Shown here in pieces: positions 19,621-20,000 of a DNA stretch of 20,000 nt (position 1 is its first letter; every line of letters begins with the position of its first letter). The notes under the pieces were generated by a model. It did not search any database, had not been told where the DNA came from, and worked only from the letters and a program-made list of their open reading frames with translations. Both the position numbers and the translations under genes were made by a program. Source of the DNA: Vicugna vicugna (lineage: Eukaryota); NCBI GenBank assembly GCA_013265495.1, contig MU057560.1, positions 299,124 through 319,123 of the forward strand, given 5' to 3'.

Positions 19621-19795
19621 TTTTTTTTATATATTTTTTTTATATTTTACTTATTTATTTGTTATTATATTATTTAATTATTGTATTCTAGGGGAGTAAT
19701 TAGGTTTATTTATGTTAGAGGAGGTACTAGGTGTTGAACCCAGGACCTCACGCATGCTAAGCATGCACTCTGCCACTCGAGCTATACCCTCCCCC
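19621..19795 (-). mobile_element. tRNA-Ala(AGC)-derived camelid SINE (Vic-1 type)
   Basis: The minus strand reads ggggagggtatagctcgagtggcagagtgcatgcttagcatgcgtgaggtcctgggttcaacacctagtacctcc (A box, AGC anticodon loop, B box). This is followed by aaataaacctaattactcccc and an A/T-rich tail. Possible TSD: ggaaatttttttt (19616-19628) / ggaaatattattt (19796-19808). Confidence 0.9.
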
Positions 19796-19826
19796 GGAAA
19801 TATTATTTTCTCAAATATTTCTTAGG

Positions 19827-20000
19827 TATATTAGTTTTCTAGAACTGCCACAATGAAATACCACAAACTGGGTGGCTGAAAAGAACAGAAATTCACTATT
19901 TCACGTACCTGGAGGGCAGCAGTCCGAGGCCAGGTTGCCTGCAGGAGCATGCTCACTCTGAGGACTCAAGGGGAGGATGCATTTTTCTAGCTTCTAATCG
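19827..20000 (-). mobile_element. MLT1C/D-like MaLR LTR, runs off the window edge
   Basis: tatattagttttctagaactgcc...aaataccacaaactgggtggctgaaaagaacagaaatt...ctctgaggactcaaggggaggat matches the antisense MLT1C 3' end. Confidence 0.88.

Noticed and set aside
19720..19795. tRNA-Ala gene
   Set aside because: It has an altered acceptor stem and T arm, and is followed by a SINE body, A-rich tail and TSD, so it is a SINE head.

Overview
This is mammalian non-coding DNA (intergenic or deep intronic), most likely from a camelid (camel, alpaca or llama). The lineage call rests on a tRNA-Ala(AGC)-derived Vic-1-type SINE at ~19621-19795 and five copies of an artiodactyl-type L1 3' end. I can support no protein-coding gene, RNA gene or CRISPR-like array. 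The ORF track is chance ORFs plus one decayed L1 ORF2 C-terminal remnant (4651-4872). Recognisable content is mostly interspersed repeats: L1, L2, MIR, probable L3/CR1, MER5 hAT transposons and MLT1 MaLR LTRs. One MaLR LTR-plus-internal remnant carries nested L1 and SINE insertions, with a second LTR at its end. In the unique sequence, the best signals are a strong CTCF site with its upstream module in a CpG-retaining patch, three motif-dense enhancer-like blocks and a dense cluster of inverted repeats at 14312-14447. There are also two frame-preserving exon candidates and an AT-to-GC shift that appears to have rewritten old repeats. I found no evidence of a new multi-gene system. Repeat families were called from remembered consensus sequences, so boundaries are approximate unless a TSD or terminus is stated.
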